From a virus, in IMG/VR virus record IMGVR_UViG_3300045988_025287, positions 32,001 to 96,000 of that record: DNA of 64,000 nucleotides. One strand, given 5' to 3'. Below are positions 9,236 through 17,446 of the stretch, piece by piece. The position numbers and the translations under genes were made by a program. The notes under the pieces were generated by a model that ran no database searches, was not told where the DNA came from, and was given only the letters and a program-made list of their open reading frames with translations. Each line of letters begins with the position of its first letter. The stretch's first letter is position 1.

Positions 9236-9253
9236 GCCACTCTAAATGGTTAT

Positions 9254-9284
9254 AGCGGGGAGTCGTGCACTCCCTGCTTTTATT
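9254..9284 (+). terminator. Rho-independent terminator
   Basis: 9-bp stem AGCGGGGAG/CTCCCTGCT (one G-U pair), 7-nt loop, then TTTATT. Confidence 0.7.
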
Positions 9285-9320
9285 CAGTATCCGGTATTCA
9301 GTATCTGGTATTGAGTACTT
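9281..9320 (+). repeat. 14-bp tandem repeat TATTCAGTATC(C/T)GG, about 2.8 copies
   Basis: Copies at 9281-9294, 9295-9308 and a partial copy at 9309-9320, immediately after the terminator. Confidence 0.8.
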
Positions 9321-9541
9321 ACACCGGCTGCGCACGAACCCCATTCAGCTGCGTCTGCCAAGAATCGGAGGAAAACAGAAAAGTTCTTCCCGCAATATCA
9401 TGTGAGCGTTATATAATGATTACGTTTAGATGTGGTAGTGTATAAAAACCACTCCAGTTTGAGCATACTGTAAAAAGCTCATCATTACTTCACCAAGTAA
9501 TATATAGCCCTTATAGATTATTCACCAAAAAACATATTATC

Positions 9542-10258
9542 ATGGCAAAGTTTCAATTATTAAATCCAGTATTAAGAGTAGTAGGTCAAAAGTATGATGA
9601 AAAAGGCATACCTGTTGGAGAAATCAACAAAAATGTTCAAAATGCAGGTAACAAATACTTGTATTCCCAATTAATCAATCTTGATTGTCCTTGGGAAGGA
9701 ACACAAACCTACACAAGTTTTCAAAAGCCAGTAGTAGCCATATTTGAGCCACTACTAAGCATACAACATGGAGGCATTGGTCAAACAGACCAAGCCATAC
9801 CTGAGATGTTCCAAACTATTGAAGGTTGCTACGTGTCTTGGAAATCACCACAACCATTTTACAAGAAGCACTTGTCTGCACATCCAGCAAATCCAGCTAA
9901 AGGCACACCAGCTATTATGGCGGGAGACATTGTAAAACAAGGAGGAGTTCCAGTAATATACACAGAATTAGTTGTATTCTGTCAGTATTACTATGACAGT
10001 CGTGGAGAAAAGCAATGGATGAGAGGAAGCACTCCTGAAGAAGTCGGAAGAGCAGCATTCAGTAATTACTGTATTCCAGCTAACGACACTCGTGCATTAG
10101 CAGCAGAACAACCTCAACAGCAGGAAACAGTTGGAGGACAAACTATCAACACAGTTAATCCTAACCAACAACCTCAACAACAAGCTCAGCCTCAACAAGC
10201 TCAACCACAGTTTGTACAAGGCCCAGCTCAACAACAAGGTGCCGCATTTGGCGCGTAA
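9542..10258 (+). CDS. Hypothetical protein with Gln/Pro-rich C-terminal tail
   Basis: Intact 238-aa ORF. C-terminus is QPQQQ...NQQPQQQAQPQQAQPQ.... Confidence 0.8.
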   Translation: MAKFQLLNPVLRVVGQKYDEKGIPVGEINKNVQNAGNKYLYSQLINLDCPWEGTQTYTSFQKPVVAIFEPLLSIQHGGIGQTDQAIPEMFQTIEGCYVSWKSPQPFYKKHLSAHPANPAKGTPAIMAGDIVKQGGVPVIYTELVVFCQYYYDSRGEKQWMRGSTPEEVGRAAFSNYCIPANDTRALAAEQPQQQETVGGQTINTVNPNQQPQQQAQPQQAQPQFVQGPAQQQGAAFGA

Positions 10259-10267
10259 CCACTAATT

Positions 10268-10308
10268 AGAACAAGAGAATAGCATAGCAAAAATAATGCG
10301 CTTGTTCT
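10268..10308 (+). repeat. Conserved hairpin element, copy 1 (AGAACAAG-AGAATAG..TAATGCG-CTTGTTCT)
   Basis: 8-bp stem 10268-10275/10301-10308. The loop starts AGAATAGCATAGCA and ends TAATGCG. Homologous to 11177-11270, with compensatory stem changes. Confidence 0.7.
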
Positions 10309-10532
10309 ATAAATAAAAAAACTCAATAACTTCGGAGTAGCGTAAGCTACGGAGTTGTGTAACAATCCCAAGACATTGAGGGCACCAGTTTCTTATTCAT
10401 TTTACTAAACATAATTGTAATCTAAACTACTATAGGGATACTCCTTGGGAGGATAATTATATGACAGAGGAAGTAGTAGAATAAGTTTTAGGTGTAAAAT
10501 GCAATTTAATCATTAACTAAATAAATAATCAT

Positions 10533-10616
10533 ATGGACAGAGATACAAGATTAGGTATGTTATCAGTAATAATCACAATGATAGTATTATATCTATCTAT
10601 ATGGTTATTTAACTAA
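10533..10616 (+). CDS. Small hydrophobic peptide (27 aa)
   Basis: ATG at 10533, TAA at 10614-10616. Its upstream context CATTAACTAAATAAATAATCAT resembles the one before gene 11310. Confidence 0.35.
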   Translation: MDRDTRLGMLSVIITMIVLYLSIWLFN

Positions 10617-11176
10617 GATATACAGATTTATTCGCAAAGTAATTATTCTATGAAATGCAAATTATCCTCATATGTTGTGAAACATAGTTTAACCACGTTA
10701 AAGTATAATAATATAAGTTAGGTATGCCCTTATAAAGACTTAGGTAGCGCTAAGGACTATATTATTATACTTCTCTTCTTAATGCAACTACATCTCTCGT
10801 AAGCAATAACCGTGACAAGTCGGGGAGAGAACACATTTGAGTTTATGTGTCAAGAATGCAGAGTCAAGAATACTATATGAAACCTACTGGAGATAGGTAA
10901 TGCACAACCGTCAAGAGTGTAAGGAAGTATAGTATAATCCACGTGGTAGATGCAGTTGTAGGTTCCAACTGGTGCACATCTTTTAGAGACAGTAACCAAG
11001 CTCGAAGTAAGCAGAGCGAAGACAATTAGCTATACCTCGATAGGCTTAATGAGGTGCTTAACAGTCTGACACTAACTGAACAATAAGTGTCTGTTCATCC
11101 TCAAAGAGGAAAATGTTGAACTCTACAGACATGTAGACAGCTCCATTAACTCTAGCTGTAACAAAGAGTTATTAAT
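10617..11176 (+). ncRNA. ORF-free G+C-rich island D
   Basis: About 560 nt with no ORF in the track, visibly G+C-richer than coding DNA. Bracketed by the two homologous hairpins. Confidence 0.3.
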
Positions 11177-11270
11177 AGAGTAAGAGAATAGAAACGTGTA
11201 TATCTACGTAGTTCATAGCATAGCTTATAGTCGTATAACACAACATCGATTATATTAATGCGCTTACTCT
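11177..11270 (+). repeat. Conserved hairpin element, copy 2 (AGAGTAAG-AGAATAG..TAATGCG-CTTACTCT)
   Basis: 8-bp stem 11177-11184/11263-11270, followed by ATTATTTTTATT (terminator-like). Stem differs from copy 1 at two base pairs, both compensated. Confidence 0.7.
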
Positions 11271-11309
11271 ATTATTTTTATTGCATTAACTAACAAATAA
11301 ATCAATTAT

Positions 11310-11540
11310 ATGGAAACAAAAGTAATATTAGCTACATTTTACGTAATATTAGGCATATATAGTATGATAGTTTATTTAAGATACGGCTATAAAAAATATG
11401 AGGTGCTAACAGTAGCAGACATATTAGTATCTCTATTGATTATAGTTGGATGGCCGCTTCCATTACTAATGTTATTAGTCCATCATTTTCTACTTTTTAT
11501 ATGTAAACTTGAGGAAATTGTAATACTAAGAAAGAAATAA
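11310..11540 (+). CDS. Small membrane protein
   Basis: Intact ORF, two hydrophobic segments. Confidence 0.7.
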   Translation: METKVILATFYVILGIYSMIVYLRYGYKKYEVLTVADILVSLLIIVGWPLPLLMLLVHHFLLFICKLEEIVILRKK

Positions 11541-11560
11541 TTAATAAATAATATCAAATT

Positions 11561-11989
11561 ATGAAGAAAATAACTTGTATTCAGAATTATGTAATAGATA
11601 AGCTTATTGAAGACAAGAAATTGTCTACAAATAGTCTATTAGATGCAGTTTCTAAAGTATGTTCAAAGGAACAGTTTGATAATATACTGTCTATTCTTAT
11701 AGAAACACCTATTCCTTGTACAAATATGCCTGAATTAGAAAGCAAAACAAACTTAGTAAGAATGAGTATGTTTATATCTGAAGAAGCTGGCAATGAAACT
11801 AAATTGAGGATAATAAAAATACTAATGAACCAATTTGGTCTTGGTCTTAAACAAACTAAAGAATATGTAAATAGTTGTATAGGAAAATATAATATATTAC
11901 CTAAAGCTGTTATGCAAGCAGAAATAGATGAAGTTACAGAAAAATTAGAACCTTACAATGTAATTGTATCTACAGCAGGGTTTTATTAA
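11561..11989 (+). CDS. Protein with ribosomal L7/L12 C-terminal-domain-like region
   Basis: KLRIIKILMNQFGLGLKQTKEYVNS...AEIDEVTEKLEPYNVIV parallels E. coli L7/L12 [25 protein letters not shown]...AEALKKALEEAGAEVEV (recalled, not aligned by software). Confidence 0.55.
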   Translation: MKKITCIQNYVIDKLIEDKKLSTNSLLDAVSKVCSKEQFDNILSILIETPIPCTNMPELESKTNLVRMSMFISEEAGNETKLRIIKILMNQFGLGLKQTKEYVNSCIGKYNILPKAVMQAEIDEVTEKLEPYNVIVSTAGFY

Positions 11990-12493
11990 TAAGTTAATGC
12001 AGTAAATATTACTGCATCTTTAAGGTGAGAATCCTTAACAATCCTGTGGGGCTTATATCTCGTGTTTATAGTAGTGGTGTCACGAGTATTAGTGCAGACG
12101 TTAAAATCAGGAACAACTATATTAGACGGCAATATTACCTTCTTCCAGTCGCAAATGTCATATAGTTTAATATAGCCAAGTTCGTTCGTCCTTAGATTTA
12201 TGGTATTAGCCATTTGTTTATTTAATCATCGTTTCATTCTTAATTGTACAGATTGATTAATTAAGCATAACAGTAAGCGTACTGTTGTCAGTATATTTAT
12301 ATGTGAATATAGATATACTGATTGCACTCATTAAGGTAGCCTTCATGTGGCGAGTGTGTTAAGTAATAGGTCTAAAGAATCTTCCAGTTTGTACCTATGA
12401 AAACTAATACCTTTAACCGCCAGCTCACGCGGTATATAAGACAGGATTGCCGGACCCGCAGGTGTAACGAGATAAATACCTGCATTTTTTATT
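11990..12493 (+). ncRNA. ORF-free G+C-rich island E
   Basis: Starts with an 8-bp hairpin ATGCAGTA/TACTGCAT. Contains GTGCAGACGTTAAAATCA (12092-12109), shared with island F. Ends in the terminator at 12458-12493. The only ORF (minus strand, 11986..12213) is doubtful. Confidence 0.35.
12458..12493 (+). terminator. Rho-independent terminator
   Basis: Stem GCAGGT/ACCTGC (12458-12463/12478-12483), 14-nt loop, then ATTTTTTATT. Confidence 0.65.
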
Positions 12494-12531
12494 AACCTTA
12501 ATAATTATCAAGTTGTAAACTTTAATTTAAT

Positions 12532-12614
12532 GCCCAGATGGCGAAATAGGTAGACGCTAAGGTCTTAAACACCTTTGACCATTGGTCGTGCGGGTTCGAC
12601 TCCCGCTCTGGGTA
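12532..12614 (+). tRNA. tRNA-Leu (anticodon UAA), class II
   Basis: Cloverleaf by hand. Acceptor GCCCAGA/TCTGGGT, anticodon stem AAGGT/ACCTT with loop CTTAAAC, variable arm GACC-ATT-GGTC, T arm GCGGG-TTCGACT-CCCGC. Confidence 0.9.
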
Positions 12615-12643
12615 CAATTAGTAATTAACATTAAAATCTATTT

Positions 12644-12949
12644 ATGATAAAAGTAATTAAATATTATGAACTAAATCGAATTAGTAGAATATTAGTAATA
12701 GCAATAATAACATATATTGTTGGTATTCTAATTAAAAGAGAATACGAAGAGTCCAAAACTGTATATAATTTTGTAGATTTACAAATGAAGTACAAGAATT
12801 ATATATTAGTCAATAAAGAGAGAAGTATTACTAATGATGAAGAATATAAGTTCACATTACGTAATCCTATTACAAACCAAAATAGTACTGTATATGTAAA
12901 GTACTATCTATATCATCACGTATATTTTGTTGGAGATACTATAAAGTAA
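12644..12949 (+). CDS. Hypothetical protein with N-terminal TM segment
   Basis: Intact ORF. Confidence 0.7.
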   Translation: MIKVIKYYELNRISRILVIAIITYIVGILIKREYEESKTVYNFVDLQMKYKNYILVNKERSITNDEEYKFTLRNPITNQNSTVYVKYYLYHHVYFVGDTIK

Positions 12950-12968
12950 CATTTTAATCAATAAAAGT

Positions 12969-13337
12969 ATGAAAAGAGAAGAAATTAAATCTTACAAAGA
13001 CGCTTGTAGAGTAATAGGTAGAAAACCTAGAACTTATAAAGATAAGCATTTGAATCTGTATGAACAGCTTAGTGCAATTATAGCTGCTCTGAATTTCATT
13101 AGTAATGATAATAAACCTTGGACACCTAAGTTCGATTATTATTACATCTATTCTTGGTTATACAGAAAAGATGGATATAATAAATCTGCGGGTTTGTTCT
13201 ATTTGGCTTCTTACGCTGGGTTGGGCGCTTCCGGTGCTCTTGTCGGGACTTCTCTGAAAATAAAAGAGAGAGAAGATGGAAATTACATAATAGAAAACTT
13301 TAAAGAACTACTCCAAGATTGGTTTTGGGGAGATTAA
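12969..13337 (+). CDS. Hypothetical protein (122 aa)
   Basis: Intact ORF. Confidence 0.7.
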   Translation: MKREEIKSYKDACRVIGRKPRTYKDKHLNLYEQLSAIIAALNFISNDNKPWTPKFDYYYIYSWLYRKDGYNKSAGLFYLASYAGLGASGALVGTSLKIKEREDGNYIIENFKELLQDWFWGD

Positions 13338-13362
13338 TTACTAATTTTAAAACATTATCAAA

Positions 13363-13821
13363 ATGGAAAATGAAATGATGGCGAGACCCGAACCGCCAAG
13401 AAGAACTGTTTGGGTAATAGTAGCAATCATTGCCTTAATAGGCATGTTTGGAGCAATGATTTACGCAGAGCGTGAAAACATTGCCAATTTCTTAAATGGT
13501 GTGAACCAAGAAGAAATACAAGAAGATCCTCAAGTTATCATTGAGGAACCTGTAACAACAATACAGGATATTCTCGACATGAGAGAGCAAATGAGAGAAG
13601 ATAGAAGAGTTGATAGTGTATTTTTAGCTATGCCAAAGGTAGTATTAATTGATATTTTGATGCAGCATGGTACGTCATTGTCTATAAAAGACATAATTTA
13701 CATATATGAATCAAACACATCAACGTACAACACAGTATTATCTGGGGCAAGAGCTCAAAAATATCTTGATGACTCTATACAAACTCATGTTATATCAACT
13801 GTTGTAAACGACTCTATTTAA
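13363..13821 (+). CDS. Hypothetical protein with one TM segment
   Basis: Intact ORF. Confidence 0.7.
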   Translation: MENEMMARPEPPRRTVWVIVAIIALIGMFGAMIYAERENIANFLNGVNQEEIQEDPQVIIEEPVTTIQDILDMREQMREDRRVDSVFLAMPKVVLIDILMQHGTSLSIKDIIYIYESNTSTYNTVLSGARAQKYLDDSIQTHVISTVVNDSI

Positions 13822-14211
13822 GACTAGACCTTCTTTTTAGTTAATATTAGAGTCTAGTATACTCAGTCTGTGAAGATAGAGTATACGTCCTCAGAAAATG
13901 ACAAACATGTGGGGCGGGAGTAAATAAGTAAAACTAAGCAGTAGTATTATATATCAGTAAGGATACTACGCCGAATCTGATTGTTTTGTTTATTTATAGT
14001 CGTGCGGACGTTAAAATCATGTACTCCAATAAGATTTAGTTTGACAGCTATTTCTGCTTACGAGTTAAAACTATAGTGAGAGTCATAGTAAGTAACGATT
14101 GTAGTCGTTTATCTTTGTCTTATAACAAATGCTATAAACTAAGTTGGCACTAACTTAATTAAATCCTGAGTGCCCAGGCGTCATTATTAACAATTTAAAT
14201 TTTTTAGAAAC
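13822..14211. ncRNA. ORF-free G+C-rich island F
   Basis: Starts with a 7-bp helix ACTAGAC/GTCTAGT. Contains GTGCGGACGTTAAAATCA (14002-14019), 17/18 identical to island E. Confidence 0.35.
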
Positions 14212-14442
14212 ATGAAAAAGATTGGAGATTTTTTATTTGTAGAGCAATGCTTTACAGATACTGAAGAAACAAAAACTGCGGTAGTCAATATTAATTATAT
14301 TGACAGCATAACTCAGAGCTGCAATGACAAACTTGGAGACATTGTAGTCATAGAGACAGATAATACAAGAATTATCTGTAAAGATCCAGAGAATTTCTTT
14401 ACTGAGTTTGAGAATCTAATTTCAGATGAAGAAGAATGGTAG
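14212..14442 (+). CDS. Hypothetical acidic protein (76 aa)
   Basis: Intact ORF. Ends in TAG (14440) with an in-frame TAA three codons later (14452). Confidence 0.6.
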   Translation: MKKIGDFLFVEQCFTDTEETKTAVVNINYIDSITQSCNDKLGDIVVIETDNTRIICKDPENFFTEFENLISDEEEW

Positions 14443-14699
14443 TCAATAAAGTAAAAGAGGGCCGTAAATTAACTGAAATAAAGTTCAGTAACGACCACTA
14501 TCTCGCAAATCTATTAGCTACTACTAAAGTACTTGGCATATCGTTAGAACGAGCTAAAAAGCTATGTAGAACAGTACCAGGTAAGAGAGTAGAAGTTAAT
14601 CCACCTATTGAAATTATCAGTAAGTTAAATACTGATAAATTATTTGAAGAATTAGAGGAGTATGAAATAGAAGTATCTATTAGTATTCCCAGTAAATAA
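14436..14699 (+). CDS. Hypothetical protein, second L7/L12-CTD-like candidate
   Basis: KVLGISLERAKKLCRTVPGK...DKLFEELEEYEIEVSI follows the same pattern as the L7/L12 C-terminal domain. Weaker than 11561..11989. Confidence 0.5.
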   Translation: MVVNKVKEGRKLTEIKFSNDHYLANLLATTKVLGISLERAKKLCRTVPGKRVEVNPPIEIISKLNTDKLFEELEEYEIEVSISIPSK

Positions 14700-14716
14700 C
14701 TTATCAAAAGTAAAAC

Positions 14717-15184
14717 ATGAAAGCAATTGTTATTTCATTTGAAGGAGCTATAAAAGACGATAATATCTTTGCATCATTATTAGCTTCTTTTGTAGAGAAA
14801 CATGTAAACACTGAATCTGTAAATATCCATATTTTATCAGATATAGATGTAACAAATGCGCTAATAGCTAAGTGCTTAATTCCATCTGCTATAACAGTAG
14901 ACAGACCATCTAATCCGCAAATACCAGTAGTAGAAGATTTCTGTAAGAAGATTGTTTCATCTATTGGTTCACCCGCACTTAAAACACGAGAATTGTTAAA
15001 CTCAGAACTATGCAAGTTCTTAGTACAACAAAATCGTGAAGTTATTAGTGTTCCAGTAAGTATTATTGCTAAAGTAAATACTACTTCTGCGTATTACGAA
15101 CATCGCAAGGTACTAAAGGAATACGGTTTATCTGCATTACCTGAGTTATTACGCGATATTAACCCTCTATTTAAATTTTACTAG
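14717..15184 (+). CDS. Hypothetical protein (155 aa)
   Basis: Intact ORF in the co-directional block. Ends in TAG (15182) with a backup TAA at 15200. The antisense ORF 14704..15015 was rejected. Confidence 0.65.
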   Translation: MKAIVISFEGAIKDDNIFASLLASFVEKHVNTESVNIHILSDIDVTNALIAKCLIPSAITVDRPSNPQIPVVEDFCKKIVSSIGSPALKTRELLNSELCKFLVQQNREVISVPVSIIAKVNTTSAYYEHRKVLKEYGLSALPELLRDINPLFKFY

Positions 15185-15185
15185 T

Positions 15186-15284
15186 ATGGCAAAGAAGAAT
15201 AATGAAGAGCCTCCAAAGGAATTTAAAAAGAAGCCAAAACATAAAAAGATGGAGCCCTATAATCGTAAGAAAGCATGGAAATAG
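15186..15284 (+). CDS. Small Lys-rich peptide (32 aa)
   Basis: Hand translated: MAKKNNEEPPKEFKKKPKHKKMEPYNRKKAWK. Ends in TAG. Confidence 0.35.
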   Translation: MAKKNNEEPPKEFKKKPKHKKMEPYNRKKAWK

Positions 15285-15421
15285 ATAATAATTGTCCTAC
15301 ACTTGATAATCATATCAACTGTAGTGAATGTACTCATGAGTGTAAACTCAGAATGCAACCAAAGAATAGTAAAGAAGTAGAGGTTCCGCCAGAGCCTCTA
15401 CTTAATACTATATATTACTAA
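15275..15421 (+). CDS. Small Cys-containing protein (48 aa)
   Basis: Hand translated. CPTLDNHINCSECTHEC cluster. TAA at 15419-15421. Confidence 0.4.
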   Translation: MEIDNNCPTLDNHINCSECTHECKLRMQPKNSKEVEVPPEPLLNTIYY

Positions 15422-15460
15422 TTTAAATTGTTAGTAAAATGGTGGATTCAGTCAACCCAA

Positions 15461-15610
15461 AGAACTGTTTAAGACTAGAACCCTAATGGAAATTGTCAAT
15501 CAAGAGTACAATGGACTATACAACGGTCAACCACATTATATGTAGGTCAGGAGAAGGCAGGGAGTCTCCTGTTGAATAAGAAGTACAAATAGACAGGAAC
15601 AGTTCTTTTT
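15461..15610 (+). ncRNA. Structured element G, closed by a 9-bp long-range helix plus U-run
   Basis: AGAACTGTT (15461-15469) pairs with AACAGTTCT (15598-15606), followed by TTTTT. Internal 7-bp hairpin CAGGAGA/TCTCCTG (15548-15554/15565-15571). Confidence 0.4.
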
Positions 15611-15663
15611 AATTATTACTTAAATTTACTAAAAGATATGAGTAAAACAAAAAACAAATTAAA

Positions 15664-15891
15664 ATGTCATATTATATGACCAATATAATTATTACTCCTA
15701 CTTTATATGAGGAGAAAAGATTAGAAGCTATATCATACTTTAGCAGATGTAGTAGAGAAGCAGCACTAAGAATCCACAAAAAGAACAAATATAAAGATAT
15801 TAAATTGAAGCTAAACACTATAGCAGTAGCTATAATCGAGGCTAAAAAGAGATATTTTGATGATTGTTCTTTTATTAAGATTATATTATAG
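15664..15891 (+). CDS. Hypothetical protein (75 aa)
   Basis: Intact ORF. TAG stop with a TAA one codon later. Confidence 0.55.
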   Translation: MSYYMTNIIITPTLYEEKRLEAISYFSRCSREAALRIHKKNKYKDIKLKLNTIAVAIIEAKKRYFDDCSFIKIIL

Positions 15892-15935
15892 TGTTAAATA
15901 AATTTTATTGTTAAATCAATTAAACTGTATTCAAA

Positions 15936-16403
15936 ATGGCAGAAGTAAAGAAAATGAACATCCTTATAGAGGATGTAAATGGAGAAAACATCCAGGATGT
16001 AATCGCTAATTCAAGTAAGGTAACTGAAGAAATTGCAGAAGAAGCAGCAAAGAAAATTGCTGAACGACGCAAAGAAAAGTTAACGAAAGATTTAGTAGCT
16101 GTTGTTCAGAAGAGCGAATATACGGTATCCTCAGCGGTACTACAAGTTCGTCGTTCTAACAGAACAAACCAACGTATTAAACAGTACCTAAAAGATCTTG
16201 CTACACTGAAAGAAGAGATTGTAAGTGGAAAGAAACCTGTATCTGCATGGAAAGAGGAAGCTTATAATCTAAAGAAACAGTACGACAAGGATCTTATTGA
16301 GATTGGAAAGGATATCGACAAGTCCTTAAATGAACTTAACGAACTCTTTCCAGACTCTTGGCAGTGGAGATACGATGATTTAGTTCCTAATACTAATAGA
16401 TAA
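15936..16403 (+). CDS. Hypothetical coiled-coil-like protein (155 aa)
   Basis: Intact ORF, charged heptad-like composition. Confidence 0.75.
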   Translation: MAEVKKMNILIEDVNGENIQDVIANSSKVTEEIAEEAAKKIAERRKEKLTKDLVAVVQKSEYTVSSAVLQVRRSNRTNQRIKQYLKDLATLKEEIVSGKKPVSAWKEEAYNLKKQYDKDLIEIGKDIDKSLNELNELFPDSWQWRYDDLVPNTNR

Positions 16404-17048
16404 CTAAATCAAAACAAATAAAAGAGGTTCCAAGCTTAGAATCTTTGAATCAATAGCTTAGTATGTGAGTCGGAAATAGTTCTTTTGAACTCTAGGGCCT
16501 GAGGCATACAAGGACCTGAATTAACAGGTCTCATACAGAATTTTAAATCAGTTATGGGGAACTACCGTGAACTACTGATCATAAGTCTGAGATCGCGACA
16601 ATAAGATTGTCCTCTAGAAATAGAGAAACGCTCTAGTCGTGACATCAAGTTTAGACTGAATAATATGAATCTTTGAATCGTTTAAAGTATCTATACTTTA
16701 ACTATTATTCGTGTATTATCAAGATCAGTATAAGAGAACTAACCATTCTCAAGACCATAGGGTATATGACTTTGGTCGGTCATATACCCACAATAGAGTA
16801 GGTATAATACCGAACTGTAAAAAGAATTGACTGTTAGGTCTATTTATGCCTTCAGGTGACCGCGGGGCAGTACCGCGCACATCCACTAAAAAAATATAAT
16901 AAGGGTGTGAAATAGTATTGAACCGTTGAAACAGAATAGAATAGGTCAATAAGCAGATAACTGGCAATACAAGTTATGTAACGGACTATACTGGTATCGC
17001 AGCGTGATAACAGAGTCCAACGGCTAAGCTAATGTCGTAGAAAGCTGG
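16404..17048 (+). ncRNA. ORF-free G+C-rich island H
   Basis: About 645 nt. 13-nt exact direct repeat GAATCTTTGAATC at 16439-16451 and 16667-16679. GC hairpin CGCGG-GGCAGTA-CCGCG near 16862-16880. Ends at a tRNA-like module. Confidence 0.35.
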
Positions 17049-17128
17049 AGTAAGGATAGTACTCAGATGGTAGAGCGGTGAGATAATATCAAAAGCTGGT
17101 ATCGGAGGTTCGAGTCCTCCCCTTACTA
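17049..17128 (+). ncRNA. tRNA-like element without a canonical anticodon arm
   Basis: 7-bp acceptor AGTAAGG/CCTTACT. D-arm-like GTAC-TCAGATGGTA-GAGC. Perfect T arm GGAGG-TTCGAGT-CCTCC. I could not fold the 27 nt between the D and T arms into a 5-bp stem with a 7-nt loop. Confidence 0.5.
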
Positions 17129-17167
17129 CAAATAAAAAATTAAGTTTAATCAATAAATTAATTTGAA

Positions 17168-17446
17168 ATGGGATTAATGAATTTTATTAGACAGAATCTT
17201 CCAGAATCATGGGAGAAAGCTGCAACAGAGATGAGAATGAAGACTGAATTAATAACTCGTCTTCATAATGTAGTACCTCGTGCTTATAAGAATAAGTATC
17301 ACTACAAAGAAGGAATATCTTATATTAGAAGAGTATTCAATACTAAATGTGATATAATACATTTAGTAGATGCTACTGATATAGATATCACTAAATGGAA
17401 TGAATTAAGTAGTAAAATAAAAGAATACGAATATCAATGCGTGTAA
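17168..17446 (+). CDS. Hypothetical protein (92 aa)
   Basis: Intact ORF. Confidence 0.7.
   Translation: MGLMNFIRQNLPESWEKAATEMRMKTELITRLHNVVPRAYKNKYHYKEGISYIRRVFNTKCDIIHLVDATDIDITKWNELSSKIKEYEYQCV

Noticed and set aside
10268-11270. The two similar 40-90-nt elements as attachment-site duplications flanking an inserted mobile element
   Set aside because: The copies differ by compensatory stem changes and internal insertions, which points to selection on a hairpin structure and not to a recent target-site duplication. No integrase or transposase lies between them.
11986-12213. Minus-strand ORF (75 aa) at the start of island E
   Set aside because: Opposite strand to all neighbours. It overlaps the hairpin after gene 11561..11989 and the conserved GTGCAGACGTTAAAATCA motif shared with non-coding island F. 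Kept only as a low-probability alternative.
12214-12614. Group I intron inside tRNA-Leu(UAA), as in cyanobacteria
   Set aside because: The tRNA-Leu cloverleaf is contiguous with an uninterrupted CUUAAAC anticodon loop. A terminator separates it from the upstream island.
16749-16967. Minus-strand ORF (72 aa) inside island H
   Set aside because: Isolated on the opposite strand of a co-directional block, inside G+C-rich structured sequence that includes a strong GC hairpin. The translation is unremarkable. It is most likely a chance ORF.
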